The notes under the pieces were generated by a model. That model saw only the letters and a list, made by a program, of their open reading frames with translations. It was not told the origin of the DNA and did not search any database. Positions 28,934-37,855 of a DNA stretch of 64,000 bases are shown here, in pieces (position 1 is the stretch's first letter; each line of letters opens with the position of its first letter). The translations under genes were made by a program, and so were the position numbers. This DNA is from Candidatus Nitrospinota bacterium M3_3B_026 (GTDB taxonomy: Bacteria; Nitrospinota_A; UBA7883; JBPRGF01), in the NCBI GenBank assembly GCA_051418015.1, contig JBPRGF010000029.1, positions 1 to 64,000 of the forward strand, written 5' to 3'.

Positions 28934-29164
28934 TCAGGCGATGTTTTCTGTGTCAGTCGTGTCGCAGACGTTCGCCCCGACCCATTCGTCCAGGTCGGAG
29001 AGGCGATAGCGGATTGAACCGTTCAGCTTGAGGTAGCGCGGCCCGGAGCACAGGTACCTCCAACGCTGCATCGTCTTGACGCTGAGCTGGAGGTGGTCGG
29101 CGGCCTCTTTCTCGGTCAGAAGCCTGCTTTCAACATCACCCTTTCTTGTTAACTGATTTTTCAT
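28934..29164 (-). CDS. HTH excisionase-like protein (MerR/HTH_17 type)
   Basis: LLTEKEAADHLQLSVKTMQRWR..GPRYLK..IRYRLSDLDEW; GGAGAG RBS. Confidence 0.85.
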   Translation of the reverse strand: MKNQLTRKGDVESRLLTEKEAADHLQLSVKTMQRWRYLCSGPRYLKLNGSIRYRLSDLDEWVGANVCDTTDTENIA

Positions 29165-29370
29165 GATCGGCTCTCCCTGAAGAAACTGACATCTCCATAT
29201 AATCAAATCGGGATATAATCCCGGTAAAAGCCGATCATGAAAAACGGGAGAGGAGAGCCTTTGACCACCACGGCGCGTTGCGCCCTAAACTTGTCCAAAG
29301 CCGCTCATGGCTTCGCGTTGTCGAGGGTTTCTCTCCTCACGCCCGTTGAAACCCTGGGTAAACGTGATGT

Positions 29371-29425
29371 AATATATGTCGGTATGCGGACGCATGTCAA
29401 TATATTATTATCCGGCATGGGGACA
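29371..29425. promoter_or_regulatory. Divergent promoter/operator region of the repressor-excisionase switch
   Basis: Minus-strand TTGACA (29400-29395)-18 bp-TATATT; two related sites GTCCGCATACCGAC and GTCCCCATGCCGGA (minus strand). Confidence 0.5.
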
Positions 29426-29430
29426 TTTTC

Positions 29431-30099
29431 ATGATCGGCCAAAGGCTGCGTGATTTCAGGAAGAGCAAGGGAATCACGGTCACGGCCTTCGCCGACCTCA
29501 TCGGTATCTCCCACGGGTCGCTCTCCGACATCGAAAACGAGAAGACCAGACCATCCGCCGACACCATCGCTTCCATCGTCCGGAACACCAGCGTCAACCC
29601 ATACTGGCTGCTGACCGGAAAGCCTCCGCCGGAAATTCCGCCCGATACCGAAGGGGCCGAAAGCCGCTACTTCACCGTCAGGATCGAAGGCGAGGCGGCG
29701 GCGGGCCCGCCCAGGAACCAGCTTTACTTAGACTTCGAGGAGGAGCTGGTTCTTCCCAGGAACCTGCGAAAGGGGGTGGGGCGGGAGGACGTGGCTGCGA
29801 TCAGGGTTGTCGGAACAAGCATGGAGCCGGAGCTTCGAAACGGCGACATAGTCATAGTCTGCAAGGAAGCCCCCGCGCCGGAGAAGATCGACCCGGAAAA
29901 ACTCTACTGCGTTTACGTGGAGGCGGATAAGGGGTTCGTCGTGAAGCGTGTCGAGTACCGGCCCGAGACGAAGGAGTTCGTCCTTCTTCCGCTCAACCCA
30001 TCGAGCCGCGTCCAGTTCATAAAGCGCCGACGAGGCCGGAACCCGATCATCGGCTGGGTTATGGCCGCCTGGAAGACGAGTTTTCCGAAGGTGGAGTGA
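29431..30099 (+). CDS. CI/LexA-like repressor (XRE HTH + S24 peptidase)
   Basis: HTH N-terminus, AAG cleavage site, GTSMEP Ser, VVKR Lys. Confidence 0.92.
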   Translation: MIGQRLRDFRKSKGITVTAFADLIGISHGSLSDIENEKTRPSADTIASIVRNTSVNPYWLLTGKPPPEIPPDTEGAESRYFTVRIEGEAAAGPPRNQLYLDFEEELVLPRNLRKGVGREDVAAIRVVGTSMEPELRNGDIVIVCKEAPAPEKIDPEKLYCVYVEADKGFVVKRVEYRPETKEFVLLPLNPSSRVQFIKRRRGRNPIIGWVMAAWKTSFPKVE

Positions 30100-30182
30100 A
30101 CGGTAATTCATGCGGGAGCTGCTGTCCGCTATGAATCTGGTAGAATTAGCTGTAAGTAAAATATTTTGACAGAGACAGGGAC

Positions 30183-30485
30183 ATGATCGTCAGCGACTTG
30201 GAAATACCGGACGAGAAAATCCGGGGGTTTTGCGCGCGTTATAAGGTGAAAGAGCTTTCCATCTTCGGCTCCGCTGTAAAAGCCGGATTTGGTGAAGACA
30301 GCGACGTGGATATCCTTGTGCTATTCAGACCGGACGCCAGGGTAGGCTTCATCGAATTTTCCAGGATGCAAAGGGAACTGTCATCGATGTTCGGGAGGGA
30401 GGTCGACCTTGTGCCCAAGGATGGGCTGAAAGATCTTATCCGCGATGAGGTACTCTCAACCGCGAAGATAATATATGCGGAATGA
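30183..30485 (+). CDS. Minimal nucleotidyltransferase (MNT) antitoxin
   Basis: IFGS..DSDVDILV..GREVDLV. Confidence 0.92.
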   Translation: MIVSDLEIPDEKIRGFCARYKVKELSIFGSAVKAGFGEDSDVDILVLFRPDARVGFIEFSRMQRELSSMFGREVDLVPKDGLKDLIRDEVLSTAKIIYAE

Positions 30486-30819
30486 CAAGCTCTACCTTGT
30501 GGATATAGTAGACGCGGCCGATCATGTCGCGGCGTTTCTGGAAGGAAAAGGGTTTGAGGACTTCACGGGCAATGAGCTTTTAAAAAGCGCCACTCTTCAA
30601 AAACTGATCGTGATAGGCGAGGCCGCCGCCAGAATTTCCGGAGAGTTCAAGGAATTACATCCCGAAGTGGAGTGGCCGGACATAGTGGCGTTTCGCAACA
30701 TCGCTGTTCATGCCTATTTCTCCGTGAACTGGCGTATCGTTTGGGAAACCGCGAAAAAGGATGCTACGGAATTGAAAGATAAAATTTCGAACATCCTGCG
30801 AAAAGAATTTCCTGAGTGA
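30475..30819 (+). CDS. HEPN/DUF86 toxin
   Basis: IGEAA..W..FRNIAVHAY Rx4HxY motif; overlaps MNT. Confidence 0.92.
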   Translation: MRNDKLYLVDIVDAADHVAAFLEGKGFEDFTGNELLKSATLQKLIVIGEAAARISGEFKELHPEVEWPDIVAFRNIAVHAYFSVNWRIVWETAKKDATELKDKISNILRKEFPE

Positions 30820-30848
30820 TTCAACAATGATGCGCAATCATGGGATAA

Positions 30849-32150
30849 TTGGGTGTGGCAAAGCTAACTCATGAGGTTCGGGACGGCATCCACGGCTTCA
30901 TCCTGTTCGATCAACTGGAGAAGCGGCTGATAGACTCCGCTCCGATGCAGCGCCTGCGGTGCATTCACCAGTTGGCGATGTGCTACCAGGTTTATCCAGG
31001 GGCGACACACAAGCGTTTCGAGCACTCGCTGGGTGTGATGGAGATTGCGGGAAGGATTTTTGAGCGGCTTTTTCGGAATCGCCTCCCAGACACAGTGCAT
31101 GAAAGAATCGCTGAGGAGCTCGAACAGAAGGATTATTGGCGGCGGGTCGTTCGTCTCGCCGGGTTGCTCCACGATATCGGTCATCTCCCTTTTTCTCATG
31201 GGGCTGAAGAGGCGCTTCTTCCTGAAGGATGGAATCACGAGCGGATTACCGCGAGTATCATCCGGAATTCCGAAATCGCCGAATTGCTCCAGAAAGAGGG
31301 TTCGCCGATCAAGCCAGAGGACGTCATAGACGTCGCATGGGACGCTGGTAAACGAGCCAAGAGTGAACCCGGCCATGAGCTGACGCCCTGGAAGACCCTT
31401 TTAAACGAGATCGTTTGCGGGAACACTTTCGGCGCGGACCGCATTGACTATCTACTTCGGGACTCCTGGCATGCTGGTGTGGCCTATGGGCGCTTTGATC
31501 CCCACATTCTCATAGCCGGTTTGACCGCGCTGATTGATCCTAACAACGAAGAAATATCCCTTGGGCTTGATATAGGGGCAATCCATGCGGCGGAGGCCTT
31601 GCTCCTGGCCAGATATTTCATGTATACGCAGGTTTATTTTCACGATGTCAGGCGGGCATATGACTTGCACCTCAAGGAGTTTTTACAGGCATGGATCGAT
31701 GGTGGCAAGTTTCCGACAGATTGGGAAAAAATGATGAGGCTTGGCGACCATGAGGTCGTAGTAGCAATGCGTGAAGCGGCGGCAAACTCCTCAAGCGGCC
31801 TTCATGATCTTGCTTCACGGGCATTATCCAGAAAGCATTTTCGAACCGTTTATGAGCTTGTAACGCCTCATAAAAAGAAAAAGCCAACAATCCTTAAAGA
31901 TTTGCTAGACTATATGACCACGGAATTTGGAGAGGACAACATTCGATCGGACTCTTATGGCCCGAAATCGGAGACTAATGACTTCCTCGTTCAGACCAAT
32001 GACGGTTCGGTTGAAAGCTCATTGCGGGTTTCTGGGGTCGTCGCCAACGTGCCAGCGGTAGAAATCGGGTTGATCTTTGCCAACCCAGAGATCAGCGAAA
32101 AGGCCAAGCAGTTGGTTGACAGCAAGGTGAAGGAATTATTAAAGCAATAA
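30849..32150 (+). CDS. HD-domain phosphohydrolase, SAMHD1/YwfO-like dNTP triphosphohydrolase
   Basis: QRLRCIHQL..YPGATHKRFEHSLG..LLHDIGHLPFSH..DRIDYLLRDS..ARYFMYTQVYFH. Confidence 0.9.
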   Translation: MGVAKLTHEVRDGIHGFILFDQLEKRLIDSAPMQRLRCIHQLAMCYQVYPGATHKRFEHSLGVMEIAGRIFERLFRNRLPDTVHERIAEELEQKDYWRRVVRLAGLLHDIGHLPFSHGAEEALLPEGWNHERITASIIRNSEIAELLQKEGSPIKPEDVIDVAWDAGKRAKSEPGHELTPWKTLLNEIVCGNTFGADRIDYLLRDSWHAGVAYGRFDPHILIAGLTALIDPNNEEISLGLDIGAIHAAEALLLARYFMYTQVYFHDVRRAYDLHLKEFLQAWIDGGKFPTDWEKMMRLGDHEVVVAMREAAANSSSGLHDLASRALSRKHFRTVYELVTPHKKKKPTILKDLLDYMTTEFGEDNIRSDSYGPKSETNDFLVQTNDGSVESSLRVSGVVANVPAVEIGLIFANPEISEKAKQLVDSKVKELLKQ

Positions 32151-32171
32151 GCAAGTATGGGAGGAGGCGCT

Positions 32172-32699
32172 ATGCAATTTAAAAGGCATGCGTTTATACT
32201 GGCTATTATTGATTCTCTCCATAAACATGGCAGTTGGACGGGGAAAACCCATGTCCAAAAAGCCTTATCGCTTCTGCGGGATTCAGGGAAAGTTGATCTG
32301 CCTTTTGAATTTGTCTTGTATAGGCACGGTCCTTATTCATTTGACGTCGAATCAGAGCTTGAGCAAATGCAAAGCTACGGGGCGGTAAGGATTGAGCCGA
32401 ACGTAGCGGGATACGGTGTCGTGCTTCACCCGGGTGAAATGGCTGATTTCGTTAATAGTATCGAGAAGTTGTCAACAGAAGAACTGGAAGCTATCGAGGA
32501 CGTCTGTGAATTTATTGGTTTACAGCCTGTGAAAGTTCTTGAACGCCTTGCGACCGCATCCTGGATTCGTTGCCAGGAAGGCAAGACTGAGCAAAAAGAT
32601 GTTGCTGAACGTCTGCACTCTTTAAAGCCACATATTTCTATTCCCGATGCTGAGGATGCTAATAATACGGTTAGCTCTTGGCTGAGTCAGAAAAACTAA
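32172..32699 (+). CDS. YwgA/DUF4065(Panacea)-like protein
   Basis: GKTHVQKAL..FVLYRHGPYS..LERLAT; GGAGG RBS; co-oriented just after the HD gene. Confidence 0.6.
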   Translation: MQFKRHAFILAIIDSLHKHGSWTGKTHVQKALSLLRDSGKVDLPFEFVLYRHGPYSFDVESELEQMQSYGAVRIEPNVAGYGVVLHPGEMADFVNSIEKLSTEELEAIEDVCEFIGLQPVKVLERLATASWIRCQEGKTEQKDVAERLHSLKPHISIPDAEDANNTVSSWLSQKN

Positions 32700-32774
32700 C
32701 CATTCGGTGGACCAAAACTACTGCGCTTGATCCAACAGGGGTGAGAAGCCAGATGACACGTTGACATCGGTTTC

Positions 32775-33359
32775 TTAGATAGCGTTGCGAGGGGGTCGGC
32801 CAAGGCCTTGTTTGAATTGACGATCCACTCCCGTCATTCTTACTCTAAAATCATACATTTGCTTGCTTACCCCATAAATACGCTTAACCTCATCGAACGA
32901 AAGCCTTCGACGGCGAATGTGAAGGAGAGCTTCTCTAGGCAGGAGCAGGCATCCAGCCAGCCAAGTCGCTTCTTCTTCTTGATCTTTACTATATGTATTT
33001 AATAACAAAATTCCATCTTCTGTCACATCCACTCTGGCGGCTTTGTGCCCAATGAAAAGATGAGACATTTCATGCATTAGGTCACTGGCCATTCTAACCT
33101 TGCTATTCACAGGGTTTAGAATTATCAAGCTAGTAGTTGCTCCATTTATAGTTACAGCAGACCAGCTTTCCTTATCCTTTACAGTTAAAATTTCTATCGA
33201 TTCTTTACTTAATTCTGGAATCTGATTTGCAGTGCAAACTGTTATTCCTTTCGATTCTGCTAACAACCAAGGATCGAGTGGATCATAAGCGCGAAGCCCA
33301 AAATTATTTCTCTGTTGAAGGGCAATGTTCTCACACCATGTTTTAAAACCTCTCTGCAC
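32775..33359 (-). CDS. ImmA/IrrE-family metallopeptidase (CapP-like)
   Basis: HEMSH zinc motif, QEEEATWLAGCLLLPR. Confidence 0.9.
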   Translation of the reverse strand: MQRGFKTWCENIALQQRNNFGLRAYDPLDPWLLAESKGITVCTANQIPELSKESIEILTVKDKESWSAVTINGATTSLIILNPVNSKVRMASDLMHEMSHLFIGHKAARVDVTEDGILLLNTYSKDQEEEATWLAGCLLLPREALLHIRRRRLSFDEVKRIYGVSKQMYDFRVRMTGVDRQFKQGLGRPPRNAI

Positions 33360-33363
33360 GGAA

Positions 33364-33699
33364 TCACTCCTCAGTTGCCATAAATGCTCGCTGTGCAGCC
33401 ATAATCATATCACTTAAGGCTTTAGCAGTATCTGGGTGAATGGCATGGTCTTTTCGAAAGTTTACAGCAACTTTTAAGCGTTCAGTTTTCCCCCCACTAA
33501 TGCCAAGAACCTCGCCTGGATCGATATTTAGCCACATACATATTTTTTTGAAAGTGGCTAGGTCGGGCATATGGCCACGCTCGACCCGTGACAAAGTAGC
33601 AGGACTGATACCTATTTCTTTCGCTGCAGCACGGACTCCAAGGGAAGCGCGTTTTGCTTCCAGCTTTCTACCAAGATTTTCCAGTGTAAGTTTTGTCAT
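33364..33699 (-). CDS. XRE HTH repressor (CapH-like)
   Basis: GVRAAAKEIGISPATLSRVERGHMPD; C-terminal VNFR..ALSDMIMAAQ helix. Confidence 0.88.
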   Translation of the reverse strand: MTKLTLENLGRKLEAKRASLGVRAAAKEIGISPATLSRVERGHMPDLATFKKICMWLNIDPGEVLGISGGKTERLKVAVNFRKDHAIHPDTAKALSDMIMAAQRAFMATEE

Positions 33700-33732
33700 A
33701 ACCCTCCTTCTGTCTTATTAGTAAAACATTGC

Positions 33733-33784
33733 TTGACAGGAGCAACGGTCGGTTTTATTCTTATACTGTATCACATGTGAAACA
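33733..33784 (+). promoter_or_regulatory. Sigma-70 promoter and palindromic operator for the ubiquitination-like operon
   Basis: TTGACA 33733-33738, 17 bp, TATTCT 33756-33761; near-palindrome TGTATCACATGTGAAACA 33767-33784. Confidence 0.6.
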
Positions 33785-33950
33785 TTTTCACGCTGATGAG
33801 CCGACTTGTCAATGGGCCAGTGGTTCCCTGTGTTTACATTTATTTGATATATGGAGGATTGAATGGCTAAGGAGTACAAACCGGGCCAAAGGTACAAACT
33901 TGCCGACCGGACCAAGAACAAGGCTGGCGGCCGCTGAGAAGGAGAATAAC

Positions 33951-34697
33951 ATGAGCGACGAATCAAATCCCACGAAAGAAGAGGAAGTCACCGAAGAGGT
34001 TAGCGATGAGATCGCTGATCTGGAAGAATATGCGCGAAAAGGAATTAAGCCTCCCCTCTGTCGCGGATATCGTGTAAAAATTAATGGTCAGCTTTATATT
34101 TTTGGTTCCTCACAGGTCACTGGTCGTGAGGTACTTGTAAAAGCCAACCTGACACCCCCTGAAAACTACACGCTCAGAGTCAAAATCGGCGGTCAACGTC
34201 CGAAGAAAGTGGAGTTGGACGAAACCGTAGATCTTTGCCACCCCGGTATCGAGAAGTTTAAAGCCCTACCGAGGGACCAGATAGAGGGTGAAACCATTCC
34301 CTTGCGGCGTCAGTTTCCATTGTTCCCTAGCGACGAAGCTTTTCTAAACGACTATGGACTTCCGTGGGAGACGGTTATCGATGGATCTCAATGGTTACTC
34401 ATACACGACTTCCCTCTTCCCGCGGGCTATAACCACACCACTGTTACGGCCGCTATTCGGATGGAAACCGGCTACCCCAACGCCCAACTCGACATGGTTT
34501 ATTTTTCCCCCGCTCTGGCGCGACAAGACGGGGTTCCCATTGCTCAGACTAATGCGACACAGGCTATTCATGGGAATATCTTCCAAAGATGGTCTCGCCA
34601 TCGAACCACACAGAATCCTTGGAAGCCTGATGTTGATAACCTCGAATCACACGTAATCCTGATCGAGGACTGGCTTGAAAGGGAATTTGTTAAATGA
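33951..34697 (+). CDS. Ubiquitin-like (multiubiquitin) domain fused to prokaryotic E2 family E domain
   Basis: AAGGAG RBS; YRVKING..VTGREVL..VDL..PGIEKF..DQIEG Ubl end, then FPLPAGYN..GYPNAQLDMVYFSP..FQRWSRHR E2-E. Confidence 0.82.
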   Translation: MSDESNPTKEEEVTEEVSDEIADLEEYARKGIKPPLCRGYRVKINGQLYIFGSSQVTGREVLVKANLTPPENYTLRVKIGGQRPKKVELDETVDLCHPGIEKFKALPRDQIEGETIPLRRQFPLFPSDEAFLNDYGLPWETVIDGSQWLLIHDFPLPAGYNHTTVTAAIRMETGYPNAQLDMVYFSPALARQDGVPIAQTNATQAIHGNIFQRWSRHRTTQNPWKPDVDNLESHVILIEDWLEREFVK

Positions 34698-36115
34698 ATG
34701 TACCTGTAACCCTTAGCATGACATCCTCGCAACATGAGGAGCTTAAGCAGATTTTATTTCCCGGTGACCAAAAAGAGGCAGTTGCTATCGCTCTTTGCGG
34801 CCGCCGGCATGGGGATCGACGGCATCGCTTGCTGGTAAGGGAGGTCCACGGACTCCCGGTGTCGGCTTACAACAAGAGAGTCGATTCCGAGGTTTCGTGG
34901 TCAACTGAAGCTCTTATTTCATTACTCGAAGTGGCCCTTGACGAAAACTACTCCGTCATAAAGTTTCACAGTCATCCAAGCGGTCAGCCTTACTTCTCCT
35001 CTAAAGACGATTTTAGTGATTCGGAGTTGTTACCCATGGTTCAGGCTTGGATCGAGTCTGAGGTCCCCCATGGAAGCGTTGTCATGACTCCTGATGGCCA
35101 GATGTTTGGACGTGCTCTTTCTGGAATGGAAGGGAAATTTATTCCGATCCACGCAATCAATGTGGTGGGTGACGACCTGCACTTTTGGTATCCAAACCAA
35201 AGCAAGAGCGAAATCCCCTCATTTGTCGCATCCCATAAACAGGCATTTGGTCAGGGAACGACGGAATGCCTACAGCGCCTTTCCATTGCTGTTGTCGGTT
35301 GCTCAGGTACAGGAAGCCCAGTAATTGAGCAGTTGGTAAGGCTTGGCGTTGGAGAAATCATCATAGTAGACAATGACCGCATGGAGGATAGGAATGTCAA
35401 TCGGATATTGAACTCTACGATGTCCGATGTCCGAAGTAGCCGGTTCAAAGTCGACGTCTTATTCGACGCTATTAACCAGGCCGGATTCGGGACGCGCGTA
35501 ATCCCGATTAAGAGAAACTTATGGAATAGGGATGTTGTTGAATGTGTCGCTCAATGCGATGTTGTCTTCGGTTGCATGGATACAATCGACGGCCGGTACC
35601 TCCTAAACAAGTTGGCGACTTACTACTTGATTCCTTACTTCGACATTGGCGTCAAGCTTGACGCGATTTCTGAAGGAGAGGATAAAGGAAATATCCGTGA
35701 AGTATGCGGAACAGTTCATTATCTTCAGCCAGGCAAATCTAGCCTTATGAGCAGAGGACTGTTCGACATGGATGAAGTGAGAGGTGCGGGATTGTACAGA
35801 AATGATCCTAAAGCCTATGCCAACCAAGCCAGGGAGGGCTATATTGCCGGTGTCGAAGAAAATAAGCCTGCCGTGATCTCAGTCAATATGTTTGGGGCCT
35901 CCCTTGTAGTCAACGATTTCCTTGCTAGAATTCACCCTTATCGTGAGGAACCGAACAAAGAATATGCCAACATTACGTTCAGTCTTGCGAGCATGGAATT
36001 ATTCTATGAGTCGGAAGGCGTGCCATGCTCTCTTATTGCTGAAAGTATAGGCATTGGCGACACGGAGCCTTTCTTGGGTGAACTTGAACTTTCTGTGAAA
36101 CGTGAAGTTGCATGA
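34694..36115 (+). CDS. JAB peptidase fused to ThiF/E1-like adenylating enzyme
   Basis: E..HSHP..FSSKDD JAB motif; VVGCSGTGS, D..EDRNVNR, K, FGCMDT, PAVISVN ThiF motifs. Confidence 0.88.
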   Translation: MNVPVTLSMTSSQHEELKQILFPGDQKEAVAIALCGRRHGDRRHRLLVREVHGLPVSAYNKRVDSEVSWSTEALISLLEVALDENYSVIKFHSHPSGQPYFSSKDDFSDSELLPMVQAWIESEVPHGSVVMTPDGQMFGRALSGMEGKFIPIHAINVVGDDLHFWYPNQSKSEIPSFVASHKQAFGQGTTECLQRLSIAVVGCSGTGSPVIEQLVRLGVGEIIIVDNDRMEDRNVNRILNSTMSDVRSSRFKVDVLFDAINQAGFGTRVIPIKRNLWNRDVVECVAQCDVVFGCMDTIDGRYLLNKLATYYLIPYFDIGVKLDAISEGEDKGNIREVCGTVHYLQPGKSSLMSRGLFDMDEVRGAGLYRNDPKAYANQAREGYIAGVEENKPAVISVNMFGASLVVNDFLARIHPYREEPNKEYANITFSLASMELFYESEGVPCSLIAESIGIGDTEPFLGELELSVKREVA

Positions 36116-36495
36116 AATGGCTCAGGACACTATTCAAAAATTTTAAATTTTGCAAATTCGTTAAGAGGGGGCCTTTTTATAGAACCGTTATTGTTCATGA
36201 GTCTCTCCCGGAAAGCCTTAGGAAAGCAACGCTCTACGTTGTAGAGGAGGATGGTCATCGAGAGTATGTCGCTATGCTCTGTCCCTGTGGATGTGGGCTA
36301 ACCTTGCATATGAACTTAATCCCGGATGACCGCCCATGCTGGCAGCTTACGATTTATTCCGATAACTCAGCGACTCTTGATCCTTCAGTATGGAGAAGAA
36401 AGGGGTGTGAATCTCATTTCTGGTTACGTCGGGGGAAAGTTCTTTGGTGTTATGCCGACGAGCCATGGTGGGTCCGTTGGTTTTCAGGAGCATAA
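36112..36495 (+). CDS. DUF6527-like protein
   Basis: CPCGCG..W..TLDPSVWRRKGCESHFWLRRGKVLW. Confidence 0.82.
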   Translation: MKWLRTLFKNFKFCKFVKRGPFYRTVIVHESLPESLRKATLYVVEEDGHREYVAMLCPCGCGLTLHMNLIPDDRPCWQLTIYSDNSATLDPSVWRRKGCESHFWLRRGKVLWCYADEPWWVRWFSGA

Positions 36496-36572
36496 CAACA
36501 GGCAACTGATTGATAAGGCATTCCATATGAATCTCCACTGCCTTCCAGCTTTTTTCGGTTCACTCTCCAGTT

Positions 36573-37679
36573 TCATCCTTTCTTTCCAGAAAGCGATCCA
36601 CAAACCGCTTGTCTGAAAATATCAGCCGCGGTCTCAGCGGCGTCGCGCAGCGCGGAATCCAACAAGTGGGCGTAGCGCTGGGTCATCTCCAGTGTGCGGT
36701 GGGTGAGAAGGCGCTGGAGCATGTAGATGTCCACCCTGCCGCTGGAGGCGAGAAGCGAGGCGTAGGCGTGGCGCAGGCCATGAAATCTGAAATTCTCGGG
36801 GAGTTCGGCGCGTTTCTTGATCCTTTTCCATGCTCTCTTAAAATCTATACGCTCGCCACCCTCACGGCCCGGGAAAACATAGGGGTTTCCATTACGTGGG
36901 TGACTCTCGAATACTTCGCGGACGAAAGAGTTCATTGGTATTACATCGATTTCGCCCGTCTTCCCGCCCTTAGGCTCGCGCAGGAAGATGTGCCCGCGCT
37001 CGAAATCGAGGTCGTCCCAATGCAGCTTGAAAATGGCCCCACGGCGCATCCCGGTGAAAAGGGCCGTGAGGACGACACCACGCGCCTGCGGGTCTTCGTC
37101 GGCTTCCGCCGCGTTTACCAGGGCGGAGACCTGCTCCTGCGTCAGGTACTCGGTTCGCTTGTTGTCGAACCTCGGCATTTCTATTTTGAAATCCAGTCCA
37201 TGGCAAAGCCTCTGTTTCACGCCGAAATTCACTATCCGCTGCAGAAGGGCGAGAATATGCTTGACCGTCGCCGGTTTGCGTCTTTCCAGGAGCCCGTTCT
37301 TGAACCGCTCCACCTCCGCTGATTTTATTTCCTCCGGTGTCTTCTGGCCGAATGCCTCGCGGAGATGATTCTTGTATAGCTTTTCATCATCACGCAGATA
37401 TTTTCCCTTGGGACGGGTGGAGAAATACTCGAGCATGAGGTTTTCAATCGTCCGTTTCATCTTTTCCGCTATCATCGAGCGCCGCTCTTGGTTGGACAGA
37501 TCCCCTGTGATTCGTTTGGCGCGAATCTGGTTCGCCTGAGCGGTCGAGCGGGCTGGAGTTTTTTCTTCAATCAGCTTTCCGTCTTTGCGGTACCTGATAT
37601 AATAGACACGGAATCCGGGATCGGTTTCGATGTAGTAGACGCCTGGATATTTTGTCTTGATTCTGCTCAACGTCGGCAT
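36573..37679 (-). CDS. Tyrosine recombinase/integrase
   Basis: TGMRRG, FHGLRHAYAS, LLTH..MTQRYAH catalytic residues; N-terminal arm-binding domain. Confidence 0.95.
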   Translation of the reverse strand: MPTLSRIKTKYPGVYYIETDPGFRVYYIRYRKDGKLIEEKTPARSTAQANQIRAKRITGDLSNQERRSMIAEKMKRTIENLMLEYFSTRPKGKYLRDDEKLYKNHLREAFGQKTPEEIKSAEVERFKNGLLERRKPATVKHILALLQRIVNFGVKQRLCHGLDFKIEMPRFDNKRTEYLTQEQVSALVNAAEADEDPQARGVVLTALFTGMRRGAIFKLHWDDLDFERGHIFLREPKGGKTGEIDVIPMNSFVREVFESHPRNGNPYVFPGREGGERIDFKRAWKRIKKRAELPENFRFHGLRHAYASLLASSGRVDIYMLQRLLTHRTLEMTQRYAHLLDSALRDAAETAADIFRQAVCGSLSGKKG

Positions 37680-37692
37680 TTTTCTAACCCCG

Positions 37693-37714
37693 TATTCCCC
37701 ACATATTCCCCACA
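37693..37714. repeat. Tandem 11-bp repeat TATTCCCCACA; candidate integrase arm-type sites
   Basis: Exact tandem copies between the integrase start and att; a related inverted TGGGGATAT near 37804. Confidence 0.5.
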
Positions 37715-37855
37715 CGCGGCACGAAAATTCGCGTCTTAAAACGGAAATATTGGTACCTAGTATTATCCAGATGTTACTCGTAACCCCTGAATTAATCAAT
37801 ACTTGGGGATATTTAAGTTGAAATAGGCAGGATTGGGGAGAGGGCCTTGAAGCTC

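Noticed and set aside
25496..30099. Complete prophage
   Set aside because: No terminase, capsid, tail or lysis genes; the module is contiguous with conjugation genes
33729..33950. N-terminal extension of the Ubl-E2 ORF in the ORF track
   Set aside because: It covers the divergent promoter/operator; a strong RBS supports the ATG at 33951
33951..36495. CBASS type II (Cap2/Cap3)
   Set aside because: No CD-NTase or effector; domain order is Ubl-E2 and JAB-E1, not E2-E1 plus a separate JAB
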